Assembly (NCBI GenBank): GCA_030704615.1
Contig: CM060731.1
Location: forward strand, 87,544,001 to 87,608,000
DNA: 64,000 nucleotides
Direction: 5' to 3'
From: Takakia lepidozioides
Lineage: Eukaryota; Plantae; Bryophyta
The position numbers and the translations under genes were made by a program. Of the stretch, positions 23,102-34,914 are shown in pieces. Under the pieces are notes generated by a model. That model was not told the origin of the DNA. It made no database searches and worked only from the letters and a program-made list of their open reading frames with translations. How positions within the stretch are numbered: position 1 is the first letter of the stretch; the number at the start of each line of letters is the position of its first letter.

Positions 23102-26100
23102 TCAATGATTTCTGGAATCCCTAAGGAGGAGTTTGTGCAGCTCGTTCACGCTCAACGCCGGTGCATGAATAAAGTCATCAATAGTCACGTTCATCCTCAA
23201 CCTCTTCAGGTAAATGTAATACAGATGCTTGCACGGATAATACTTCGAACCCTTCTTTGCTTCCATCAACGAGAAGTCCGTACAGTTGCAAGTCGGCTCC
23301 ACTCCAATCGTAATTGTGTATACATCGTCGCGTACAGCCGAGCCGGCCGTTGCCATCCGATACACACGCCCAAGGCCGGGTGGGGGTACGTCCACGGAGC
23401 TCTGAATAGTGCAAGCCATCCCAAGAGCATTGGCAATCCGAGTCTCATTCAACTTGTTGGGAGGGTGTCGTCTCTTCACTCTTCCGAATCGCATTGTGGG
23501 ATGTGCAGAATTGTCCAATCCGTCTCTACTGGACCGAGCAGTCTGCAATGGCTGGGTCTGAGGAACCGGAAATGCGTGGGCCGGGATGTCTGTGCGTTGC
23601 ACCATTCGAAATCCTGCTGCAGATAGAGCATCCGCCTCATTCTGAGAGAGGCTGCAACCCGGTGCAACAGGCCAGACGCCCGGAGGCTCCGGCATTCCCT
23701 GAATCCCGTACTTGGGCTTGCCAAATACACAGGTCATTATGTCGTGCCTACAGAACCAAAATGTCTGCGTTGTGGCGTGAGCAAATGTGGGAGTCAAAAA
23801 TCTGCCGCTGAAACAAGGTGCAGGTACAGCACCGTGTGGGTTCCTCCGAATCATCTCACCACAGCGTGCTCTCGTATCCACCCGGATGGCGCAACACTTC
23901 CCTCGAAATGCCGGCAATGTCCTCGCAATTCTCCACTGTGACTCCGACACTCTTGTCTCTACAATGGGAATGTTGTATTGCTTTACTACAGATGGCTCGT
24001 TATGTTGCCGGGGCACGCGCCCTGTGCTCAAAGGAGATGGCGATCTTGAACGTGCAGGACTTCCGGTGCTCGACGAGACCTCCTCGGACAACATCACCGG
24101 ACCACGAGGGAGCGTGCGAATATTCTTGTCAGCTCGCCATGAATCCTCTTCTCCGCCAGGTGCCTCGTCAAGTCTTCGTCTCACTGGACGGGTATGAACA
24201 TCTCCTTCCAAATGTTGGCCTCTTCGCAGCAATGGCGTGTCCCGAAGGCCCTCTGTTTCCCTTTCAAGAACTCGTTGTACCTGCATTGCTGCATAATTGA
24301 CCTCACAATGTCCTCCGTTGTGGCAGTGAGGATGTCCACCAGATGCGCCGCAGAGGAGGCACGCCAGGAAGAGTGCACTGATTCGGCCATGTTTGTCGTG
24401 GGCATGTCGGTGTCGGAGTCGAGACACATTTCCTGCACAAGCACATGTTGAGGTTACAAGCAAGTTACAAATATGGCCAAGAATAATATCCAACGGGACG
24501 CGAATTCGTGCAACTCACCTCCCGCATATAGTCGCCGAACTGGAGGAAACGATAATGCCACCATGCTAGCCAACTGACCATTGCTCCTTCGTCTGATTTC
24601 CTTACAGCACCTGACGATGTCCACCAAGCCCGTATGCATGCAAACTGTGTCTCTGCATCATCCAAGCGCGCTTCCACGCAAGGCACATGGAACGGTGCTC
24701 CTCTCTGAAATCTGGCGCCACGAGCCTGGTTGTGTACTGCGAAAGGCTCTGCAGAAAATGGAACCCACAAGATCTCTCCTTGCCTTCCATGGGAACATTG
24801 GGGTCTTGCCCGTACACCCTTCGGATGGCAGCCCAATTTGCTTGTGCGTTGTCCGCCATGAAACCACGGAAATTGGGAGGGGGCAATCCCGCCTTGGCCA
24901 TCTGTTCGTTTATTCCCTGCCAAAGAAGCATCTCCGATTGTGTGTCCTCTCCTTTCATCTCACAAATAGCAATTGTCATTAGCATCCTGCAGTGGGTGTC
25001 ATAGACATGTGCACCCATTGTCACCCACTGGTGATTTGTAATTCGCTTGATATGGTCGAACATGACCCAACTGTTTGACAAGTTCCCACTCGTCATCCTG
25101 TCGACCAGTTCGACGCCACTGCCAGGTCCACACGTGGACATTTTGAATACGAAACAACGATCTGCCTCAGTCCCTTGTCCTGGAAACCTACTTCCATGAA
25201 TGTAGTCATATCCACATCGTCGCTTCACCTCCAGAATGGAGTGCATATCCGAGCCACGCCCAATTTTCTGTTTGCATGAGACAATGTGGTTTCGGACATT
25301 CGGTGAACATACGTGGGACACCGACTCCAGCAATGCCTCCATTTCCTTCTCGTCGAGAGGAACTCTATCGGAGCCGTCTTCCGACATAATTCTGGCCAAT
25401 GCCATCTTATGGGCGGCTTGGAGCTGTATCTGTTTGGGTTTGGCACCCGGTCTCAACTTAACCTCCTCCTGAACGAGCTGCTCTGCTTCGTGGGCAGCCT
25501 CCCGCGAGTTCCCCCTCGCCAATTTGTGACAATGGGAACCAACGTGTATGCAAGCTCGGGTGAGGTCAGGGAAACGGTGCAACACATAGAACTGCTTGGC
25601 ATTACAAACAGACATGCAGTGTGGTGGTTCTTTGCAATGCGCACACTTAAATGTGGAGTTCGGAACCTTCTCCTGAGCTCGAAATGGTTGGTGAGCTGTG
25701 CCTGTCCAATCGGTCTCGTTCCTGTGACCTCTGGATTTAAAGTGGAAGCAAGTTGGGGAGAAATACCGCAACGCGCCCGCACAAACAACGTAGCGCACCC
25801 GCACACCATCAAGCATCTTCATGCTGGTGGTTTTGGTAACGCACCAAGGATGACCGTCATGTTTTCTATCCATATCTGTCAACATTCCGGACGCCCTCGA
25901 GTAGTCCGCCCGAGGAGGGAACTCAAAGAAGATATTACCGTCGACGTCGGCGGGAAGGCATGTAACCGATTTAATTGCGAACTTGCTGTAGTCCAGCCCG
26001 GCCAGCTCCGACCGGTGTCCCTCCAGGTGAAGCCCTCGCAGAATTTCTAGAATAGATCGAACTGCGGTGCTCGTGCTGGGAATATGACTCCCTCCTCCAC

Positions 26101-26599
26101 TGACGTCCATTGAGGACTTGCCTGATCTCCAGGACGACCTCGGAACTTCCATGACCTCGTCTGAGTCGGACAGGTTGTGAACAACCCGGTTCTCGGTCGT
26201 CTTCATGGATGGGTTCGGCTCTGGATTTACTTCGTTGCGGACTTCTCTCTTTGAGGTACCCACTCTCTGATTCGCGGATTGTTTCGTGGAAGGCGCCAGG
26301 ATAGACGGTGCATTTGGCGGGCAAATGAAGTCCCCAACAGCCCTGTATATGACGCTGTCCGATGGTGGAACTCGCCATTCCCTGCCATCGCCGAAATCAT
26401 CGTGGAGCACAACAATACTCTCGACAACAAGGCCGTTTGAGTCCTTCCTTTCCTCCTCCAAAAAAACCGACCCCGGTTTCAGGTGGTATCGAACGCACAG
26501 ATATTTCTCCATCACCCGGCAGGTGTCCCCTCTGCACGGAAATGAAGCTCTATGCTCGTGAGGAGGGCAGTACACTGTAGCGCTCGGGTTTTCCGCCAT
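23102..26599 (-). pseudogene. MULE DDE transposase with N-terminal Cys/His (WRKY/GCM-like) region and C-terminal SWIM finger; frameshifted
   Basis: VMFDH (D1), FMADNA (D2), CGFH (CxxH), TTNMAES (E; 24181-24444 frame), SWIM CNC...YPCKH. Probable intron 24433-24518; frameshifts near 24670 and 24240. Confidence 0.85.
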
Positions 26600-26899
26600 G
26601 GGAGATGTGCACACAAGACTGCCAGGATGGCGTGCGGGGAAGCTCCCTGGTAGAAGGGGGTGCAGCGATGGGAATGAATGCGATGCCGATTTGTCCGAGC
26701 GACGAAGCCTGATCCAAATCCAGGGAGCCAACTATCTCAAAAATCCACAGTCAGAGTGTTAATGAACCTTGTCTCCGGAATGCGGCCCCTGGTCTTTGCG
26801 CAATAACTGCCAACGGTATGCAGTCAGAAAGTGGGGGGCCGTCCGGATGATGACGGCTGAAGGGGGAAGCCGGCACCGTGCCCTCACATTACTACCCCC

Positions 26900-28340
26900 G
26901 AATGGAAATTCGGCACCCAATATCCAACAGAGGAAGCCCGGATGAAGTCGCCTCGGGCGCAGAGGCCGGAGTGTGTGCGACAGAGAACATCCCCTGGATG
27001 GAGATTCGGCGCCGAATTTCCATCCGGGCCCCCCAAAGGGAGTCGTGTCGGGGGGTCAGGCCGAAAACTGGACGGCATAAAAACATCCCCAGATGGAAAA
27101 ACGGCGCCGAATTTCCATCCGGGGCGGTTCGGATGCAGTCGGGGAGGGGGGAGTGGCCTGCAGTTGGCCGTCACATTTCAACCCCCGGACGGAAATTCGG
27201 CACCGAATATCGAACAGGGGACGCCCGGATGAAGTCGCCTCGGGCGCAGAGGCCGGCGAGTGTGCGACAGAGAACATCCCATGGACGGAGATTCGGCGCC
27301 GAATTTCCATCCGGGCCCCCCCAAAGGAAGTCTTGTCGGGGGGTCAGACCGAAAACTGGCCGACATAAAAACTTCCACAGATGGGAAAACGGCGCCGAAT
27401 TTGCATCCTGCAGATAAGTGGAATCCCGGATGGATGGAAATTCGGCGCCGAATTTCCATCCAGCAGGTAAGTGGAATCCCGGATGGATGGAGATTCGGCG
27501 CCGAATTTCCGTCCAGCAGGTAAGTGGAATCTCGGGTGGATGGAGATTCGGCGCCGAATTTCCATCCTGCAGGTAATTCGAATACCGGATGAATAGAAAT
27601 TCGGCGCCGAATTTCCATCCAGCAGGTAAGTCGGATGGGTGCCGTATGGATATTCGGCGCCGAATTTCCATTCGACATGTATTTCTGAGCGTGGAATTAC
27701 CTTCGTGCAGGTAATTCCCAGATGAGAATTACCTTTGTGCAGGTAATTTCCAGATGAGAATTACCTTCCTCCAGGTAATTCCAATCGATGTGAATTCTTC
27801 GTCCACAATTACCTGCACGAAGGTAATTCTCATCTGGAAATTACCTGCACGAAGGTAATTCTCATCTGGAAATTACCTGCACAAAGGTAATTCTCATCTG
27901 GGAATTACCTGCACGAAGGTAATTCCACGCTCAGAAATACATGGCGAATGGAAATTCGGCGCCGAATATCCATTTGGCACCGATTCGAATTACCTGCAGG
28001 ATGGAAATTCGGCGCCGAATTTCCATTTATGCGGGATTCGACTTACCTGCTGGATGGAAATTCGGCGCCGAATTTCCAGTCATCCGGTATTGGAATTACC
28101 TGCTGGATGGAAATTCGGCGCCGAATTTCCATTCATCCGGGATCCGAATTACCTGCAGGAGGGAAATTCGGCGCCGAATTACCTGCTTGAGGGAAATTTG
28201 GCGCACCGCCCTACCTGCGCGGATGGAAATTCGGCGCCGGATATCCTTCCTGCTGCGCTCCGAATTACCTGCAGGATGGAAATCCGGCGCCGGAATTCCA
28301 TCGTGCAGCGCTCCGAATTACCTCTACGTTGGAAATTCCG
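26900..28340. repeat. Central palindrome array and large inverted repeat between the two divergent MULE genes
   Basis: Well over a dozen GGAAATTCGGCGCCGAATTTCC-type palindromes (32-bp perfect at 27431-27462); ~53-bp and ~31-bp tandem units; mirror arms around ~27790. Confidence 0.92.
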
Positions 28341-28552
28341 GGACTGTTTACGTCGATTTTCATCCGACATGGAGGGCTTCATCCGACATTTAATTGCGCA
28401 GTTGGGCAATAAATGTCGACGGCCGTCGGTTATTATTTGGGCTGGCGACGAATGGCTTCCTGGACACGTACCCTAAATCTCATTCTAAACTTGGCTTAAC
28501 ATGGTATTCCAGGCATGTACCCCAAAAAAGGAGATCTTTTTGGCTGGGACTT

Positions 28553-31500
28553 ATGCCGCCTGAAGGGCGTGGCTCTCCTGAGAGAGACCTCACATCCAGA
28601 CCGCGGCGGAAGTTGAAAGCTCTGTACTACGGACGACGGCCAATCTCTCGCATGGCCAAACTGAAGCTCCAGCAGGAGATTCCAGTGTCTTGCTCACAAC
28701 CTGCGCCAACTGAAGCCGAGTACTCTCAGGCAAGCCACTTCTGCTTTCGGTTTGTTCGATTTATTTTTTGCTTTCGCTTTGTTTTTGCATCTTCATCCTG
28801 GCTTTGCTGTATGAGTGAACTTTAGATAGTTGAGTGAACCTTAGATTGTTTGCAATGCGTGTGCAAATCCGGCAGCTCTGGAGAAGGCTGCTTGTGCATG
28901 TCATTCTTAGGCAATGGTTGCATTTGTTTTCATTGTTGTTGCATGGCTCTCCATACTTCCTAAACTTGTTATGTTTTCATTTTTGCTACATGATTGTTGC
29001 TATGGTGGTTGCGCTGCTCGTTGCGATGCTGCTTTTTGCACCGATGTTGGTTTTCACGATTTTTGTCAATGACAGAGTGACGACGAGCCCGGCACGCTGG
29101 TGGTATCATCGACAGCTCCAACTCATCGCATGTTTGAATCGCCCAACTTGGGGCGAGAGGGCAAACTTAAACCTTTTGTTGGTGGACGGGAGGACTTGCA
29201 ACGAGATTACGACAGAGTAGGCATTGGGGAGGTTGGTGCAGGCGGCATGGCAGGTGAAGGGCGTGAGGACATGAGGACAGCAGATCCGGCAATGGAGGTT
29301 GTTCATGCACATGCAGTAGGGCCCGCCCACGCAAAGAAAAAGAAGAAAGCTAAGCACATGCAATCCCCGGCGAGAGAGCAGTCACGGGCTGCGGAGGGGG
29401 GAGTGAGCAGTGCGCGCGAGGGTTTCAGTTCGCCTCAATCAAAGGTGGTCGTCCTGGAGGGCTCCCCTGCTGCTAGCCCTAGTAAGAAACAGAAAGCCCG
29501 TGAGAGGGCAAAAGAGAGGGCAAAAGAACAGACGAGACAGAATGCTAGCCAGGAGGAAAGACAAAAGGCAGCTGAAGAGGCCAGGGGTGCCCAAATGACA
29601 GATGCCAATGTAAGCGAGGGACCCACAGAGACGGTGGATCCCTACAAGACACCACAGAGAGGCAGTAGCACACCGGTTAGACCATCGCGGGCAAGAGCAG
29701 CCCCCGCAATTACCCATACGGTGGAGAGTGGAGGAGAGGAAAGAACACCTGAAAGAGCACGGATTGTGCAAGTTCGAGGTGAAGCCAGGGAGAGGGCAGT
29801 AGAGACGACAAGAGTGCTGGAGGTTGTTTCGCAGGTGGCTGACCCTGTTGAGGAGGACGACATGGAGGTTTCTGACCAGGATGACATCCTCCCGGACATC
29901 CCCAGGCCCCAAACCCGGAGCATACAGGCTGGATTTGGCGGTCCTGGTGGGCTGCCGGAAAACCCCTCTGCAGCAGACGTCATGTCTGAGGCGGATTTGA
30001 AGTTGGCCGCTGCCAAGATGTTGGAGGCAACCCACAGCAACATTGGCAGGGTGCTGGGGGGCATGGTGTACCCGGCCAAGCTTCGAATTCCCCTTTGCCG
30101 CTTGGTGTCATTGCAGGTGGTGAGACCTGCCCTGCCAGACGATATCGACAAGCTGAAATTCTCTTTCCGGGATGGATATCGAATGGGGTCTGCCGCCTTT
30201 TACGTTTCCATTGAGAACGACCACGGAGCTTCCCGTGCCCACACTTCCGATGAGGTGGACAAATGGGGTCCCCATTGGCAAACGCGAAATGAGGAGTTCG
30301 AGAGATCGATTGCTAGTGATCCTCTTTTCCAGCACATGTCCGGTAAGATGTTCTACGTGTGGGACGGCAATCATCGCCTCCTGGCATGGATGGAGCACAT
30401 TGCCCAAGCCCACCCCAACGATCTCGATTGGCATTTCGCCGTCGATTGTGTTGTGCTGAAGGTTGCGGGGCCCAAAGATCGCAGTCTTCTCAAAGCTGCA
30501 ATGGCCGACATCAACTCGTAAGCTACAACCCCTCTCGCTTTTGGACTTTGAATTTGGAAGTCATTTCATTGCGAATCCTCATATATGATGAAAATTCCCA
30601 TTTCAGTATTGTTTGATGGAAACGTGGCACTGCAGGGTGACTGAGAATGCCTTCATTGCCACGAACTTGTCCCATATGCTCTTCCGAGTGAAGGATGTCG
30701 GGAAGCAGGGGGTGCAAGAGTTTGCCAATTCCATCAGTGCCGACCTCCTGCGCAAGTCGGAGGCAAAGGCAGACAGAACCTGGTATAGGCTGAGCATCGA
30801 CGCCATGGTGGACTACATATTTCGGGTAAAGCTCCTCACAGTTTTGTTGAGCTAATTTGTCTCTCCTCCCCCAATAGAAGAAATTGTGTTGAGCAGGATC
30901 TCTAATCTTATGTGCGCCTTTTCGACAGACAAAAATACAGCAGGATTTGGCACATGCGCGGAGGTTTACATGGAGTCAGAGGAGAAGAATCCAACCCTCC
31001 CGGAACTCGAATCGTATGTCAAAGCTGCGGAGGTGAGGGCCCGCATAAAGTACAAGTCGCGGATGGTAAAGTACGTGGCCATAGCTGATCCCGCCCTTGG
31101 TGCCGACTTTCTGGTGGAGGTGGGGAAGCACTACTCTCGCGCTCTGAAGCCCACGATGACATTGGAGAAGCTCCATCGTCTAGCCACACCTGTGTGGATG
31201 CAACAGAAAAGGTGATACATTCTTAACCAAATTGTGGTGGCAACAACTCCTTTTTGTGGTGTTTGGCGCTTACGAATATGCTGGGTGGTTGGACAGACCC
31301 GGTGGCTCCAAATCTGGAATGGTTCCCAAAGTACCAGGGACATGTGGAGCTTCCCCAAACCGGACAAACTCTCTGACCCCACATTCGACATGTGGATGAA
31401 CCGCATGACATGGTGGTTTCAGGTACTTCCCCACGCTTCGTTTGGGGCTTGTACTCTAGTAGGGGGTGGATTCATTGTATTTTTTGAGGAAAGCGATCTG

Positions 31501-34500
31501 ATGGACAATCTCCACAGGTGACGACGAATGCGCAAGAGCAGCTGGACACACAAGCACATCAGTTCAAGATGGAGATATCTTCTGCAGCAGAGAGCCTACG
31601 TAACTATGTGACGAGGTACTTTCTGCTCTACAAAACCAACCTATTCTTTCGGGAGATAGCAGATGCTCGCCGGAGCCACGAGTTCACCGACCAGCCGAAC
31701 GCGGACAAAGCAGCAATGCGCCTTCTGTACAGGTACATACGCGCTGCCTTTCTTTCAAGTCCTGGCATTGCAGGATGTTAGAGGCCTCAAGTGGTGTTAG
31801 GGAAAATGGCGCCGAATTTCCAGTCAGGGCTCCGAAAATGGCTAAGTCCCTAGACTGGCTGGCCCGGAACTGGAAATTCGGCGCCATTTTCCAGTTCCAG
31901 GCCCTATTGCCGTTTAGGGACTTACCCATTTTCGGCCCAAGTCCCTAGACTGGCTGGCCCTGAAGTGGAAATTCGGCGCCATATTCCAGTTTTAGGCCCT
32001 ATTGCCGTTCAGGGAGTTAGCCATTTTCGGCCTAAGTCCCTAGTGTGGCTGGCCCGGAACTGGAAATTCGGCGCCGTTTTCCAGTTCTAGGCCCTATTGC
32101 CGTCCAGGGACTTAGCCATTTTCGGGCTAAGTCCCTAGACTGGCTGGCCCGGAACTGGAAATTCGGCGCCGTTTTCCAGTTCTAGGCCCTATTGCCGTCG
32201 AGGGACTTAGCCATTTTCGGGCTAAGTCCCTAGACTGGGTGGCCCTGAAGTGGAAATTCGGCGCCATATTCCAGTTGTAGGCCCTATTGCCGTTCAGAGA
32301 CTTAGCCATTTTCGGACCTCATTGTGTTTTTCATGAATGCAGGTACTGTAAGTTCTCGCTTTTGGAGAAAGGTCATCTGTCTTTCGAGCCACCATTCTTC
32401 CTGGCATGGAGGAACCCTGGGGCTGACTCCATGTACACTGACGATATTGTGAAGGAGTGGCATCTGGAACATTTGCGTGATTGCCCTTGGTATGTGGACC
32501 TTCCGCCCGGCTCGCTCGACCCATCCGAGTTTCAATTGAAGCTGGATGCTGAATTCCGACGAAACCGGGCTCCGCTGCCTCCGTTGGGTGCAAAAGAGGC
32601 AAAAGCGCTTGCGAACTCCAGGAAAGCGGCAGAGCTTGCTCAGGCAGGAATTCAGGAGAAATTGCATGAGAAGAGTAAAGGTCAAAGGAAAAGGACAAGG
32701 AAACAGGTGACTGCAGTAACACCCAAAAAGAAGAAAACCATCGGGGCATCGGAGGAGGCGCAGGAGGGGACCCAAGAGAGTGACTCCGACGCCGATTTTG
32801 TTCAAGGTCCTGCGACTGCTGTTGCTCCTACCCAGTCACCGGTCGTCCGGGTTCCCAAGTCAGTTCGGAGTGGGACTGGCTCTGCCAAGAAGTTGGCATT
32901 TGAGGGCGAGCCTACACGGCGGTATTCGGCGGTGACGTTTACGCACAGGCCAAAGCTAGAACCTCCAACCATCATCCAATGCGTCAATGAGAGCTTCCTT
33001 GACGCTCTCGCTGCCAGGGCGAAGAAGGTGGCACACAACAAGTCTCTGGCGGAGCAGAAGGGGAAAGCCAAGAAGAGGGCTGCCGGTACAGAGCCTAAAG
33101 ACACCCCTGGTTTTGAAGCCATGATGGAATTCTTCACGGCTGTGAGCACGAATTGCAAGAGCACTCGGGGGGGGGTTGAGGTGGAGAGAGCTTGCGACAT
33201 GATTCTCCTCGACATTCCAGATGGGGAGCTGCTGGAGGGCCTGGATGGTGTGCCCACCTGGAACAGGTTTACTGAGGACTACTGGAAAGCCGGGTTTGGG
33301 CTGGCGGGGATGCTTCTGGATGACGGTGGATGTGTGGTTGTCCTTGCCACGAGAGGGAAGACCACAGAGAATGCGGTGGCAAGGTGGACACCGAAAAGTG
33401 TCACCCCGGTCCTCCTCAGAAAATGGTTCTGCATCAGTACGCAGGGGTTGCGAACAGAGGGCCAAAGTGTAAGTTATCAATCTATTGCATTCACTTCATA
33501 TTGTGGTGTATGTTAAGTAGACCCTGGAATTGATCCCTTCTTTGTTGGATGTGCAGACATTGGTGTTTGAGGCATATTGCTTTGTGAAGAGAGGGTCTAC
33601 GTTCAAATTCCGCAACGACGGTCGTCTTGTTGATGCCGCTGTGGACCCTGTAACCTACGATGTCCTCTACAACTATGTGCCCCACTCTAGTATGCCGAAG
33701 GACACAAAGACAGGCAAACCGTGGCGGTACAGCCGGACCCGGAGCCTTGCTTTCATCCAAACCCTCATGGAGACGTGCTCGGATGTCCAAGGGCGGATTC
33801 TGGACCTCACATGCGGCACGGGTAAGCCTTCACGTGCTCAGTTTGTCCCCTGGCCCCATTGCAATTGCATGCCGCAAGCTATTAACCGCCCGCTTTGTTC
33901 CTCAGGTGCTTCAATGTGGGCAGGGACGTTGTCCGACAGGCATGTGTTCGCCTTCGAGCCAGATACTGCCCTCCACAACTCGGAACTTGCAGCGGCTGAA
34001 CGTCTGCCGAAAGAGGAAGAGGCATCCTCGGAGGATGAGGAAAAATCCGAGAAGGAGCAGGGGGAGGAAGTTGGGATCGAGGCCGAGGAGCCCCCGGTTT
34101 ACGAGTGAGTGGTGGCATTGTAAGTTGCCTCCAGATTTTGTGAGGCACCTCCCTCCGCTCTCTTATTTCATTGAAAACCCTTTCTGGTTGTGCTGGTATT
34201 GACATTCTTCAAGTGGATTTGTTCTTACTGTAGGATGCCAAGTACTGCCGGAGGGACGTCTACACCGGAGTTCATGGGCAGGAGGAACGTGCCTTTTTTT
34301 GCCAGGGGGGATTTCATGCCTAGTCCAGAAAGGGAGTACATCCTTCCTACTTATGCTGCCCGGCTTGCTTCGGTGTCCATTAGGAGGTGTTCCGAACGTA
34401 GTCGTGTACAGCAGATTTTAGACGAGGCAAGCCTCAAGAAAATGAAGATGAGGGAGGAGGCAGCAGCTATTAGAGCCCGTCGAGCTCGTAGATTTGTGTT

Positions 34501-34693
34501 GGATTCTGCTGAGGAAAGTGGGGGAGAAGACGCAGAAGATTCCCAGGAGGTGAGGTGGACAGTCCCCCAAGGAGAGGACGGGATTTTTGAGAGGCATAGT
34601 GGAACTGATGCATCACAGAGCTCGGAGGATGAGGGGGATGAGGGGGATGAGGAAGAAGGTGGGGCAAGTTCCTCGGAGGGTGTAGGAGAGTAG
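28553..34693 (+). CDS. Multi-exon MULE cargo gene: ParB/Srx-like (DGNHR) domain plus beta-class N4C/N6A DNA-methyltransferase-like domain (possibly with one frameshift)
   Basis: Predicted exons 28553-28729 (GC donor), 29076-30517, 30636-30825, ~30929-31211, ~31296-31422, 31518-~31777, 32343-33468, 33557-33821, 33906-~34104 and ~34234-34693. Motifs: KMFYVWDGNHRLLAW; DMILLDIPDG...AGMLLDDGGCVVV; after splicing, RSLAFIQTLMETCSDVQGRILDLTCGTGASMWAGTLSDRHVFAFEPD. Confidence 0.72.
31800..32320. repeat. Intronic ~95-bp tandem repeat (5 units plus a partial), each unit a hairpin centred on GGAAATTCGGCGCC
   Basis: Units start near 31844, 31940, 32034, 32129 and 32224: AAGTCCCTAG...GGAACTGGAAATTCGGCGCCRTTTTCCAGTT...AGGGACTT. 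Confidence 0.9.
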
Positions 34694-34914
34694 TGCCCAT
34701 TCCGGCTATGACAGTTAGAACACACTTGTATAGACGTGGCTTGCCACAAAATTTGCAATAAAATGTTGCATTTCAAGTCCACTGGTGCCACATTCCAACT
34801 TCACATGACCCTATTTCCGTGCCTCCTAACCCTATTTCCGTGGACTCACAATGGTCTGCTCATGCTTTTTTTTTTTCTGCTCATGCTCATGCCGCTCATG
34901 AAATAGCAGCCCCC

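Larger units (their letters stand above)
22334..34914. mobile_element. Mutator-like DNA transposon (MULE, 12.6 kb) carrying a transposase and a ParB-like/DNA-methyltransferase-like cargo gene
   Basis: Perfect 9-bp TSD GTTTGTGAG (22325-22333 and 34915-34923). Imperfect TIRs GAGGTTTGCTATTTCATGAGC... and ...GCTCATGAAATAGCAGCCCCC with CATGAG repeats. The empty site is seen at ~47910 (GACTTGGTTTGTGAGTGGAC). Confidence 0.92.

Noticed and set aside
26900-28340. CRISPR-like array (palindromic repeats at regular spacing)
   Set aside because: The intervening sequences are themselves repeated rather than unique spacers; there are no cas genes and the context is eukaryotic.
26878-28476. Many ORFs with MEIRRRISI / WKFGAEF / GNSAPNF peptides (also 22462-23124 and 31684-32309)
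   Set aside because: Translation artefacts of the DNA palindrome, open in several frames on both strands.
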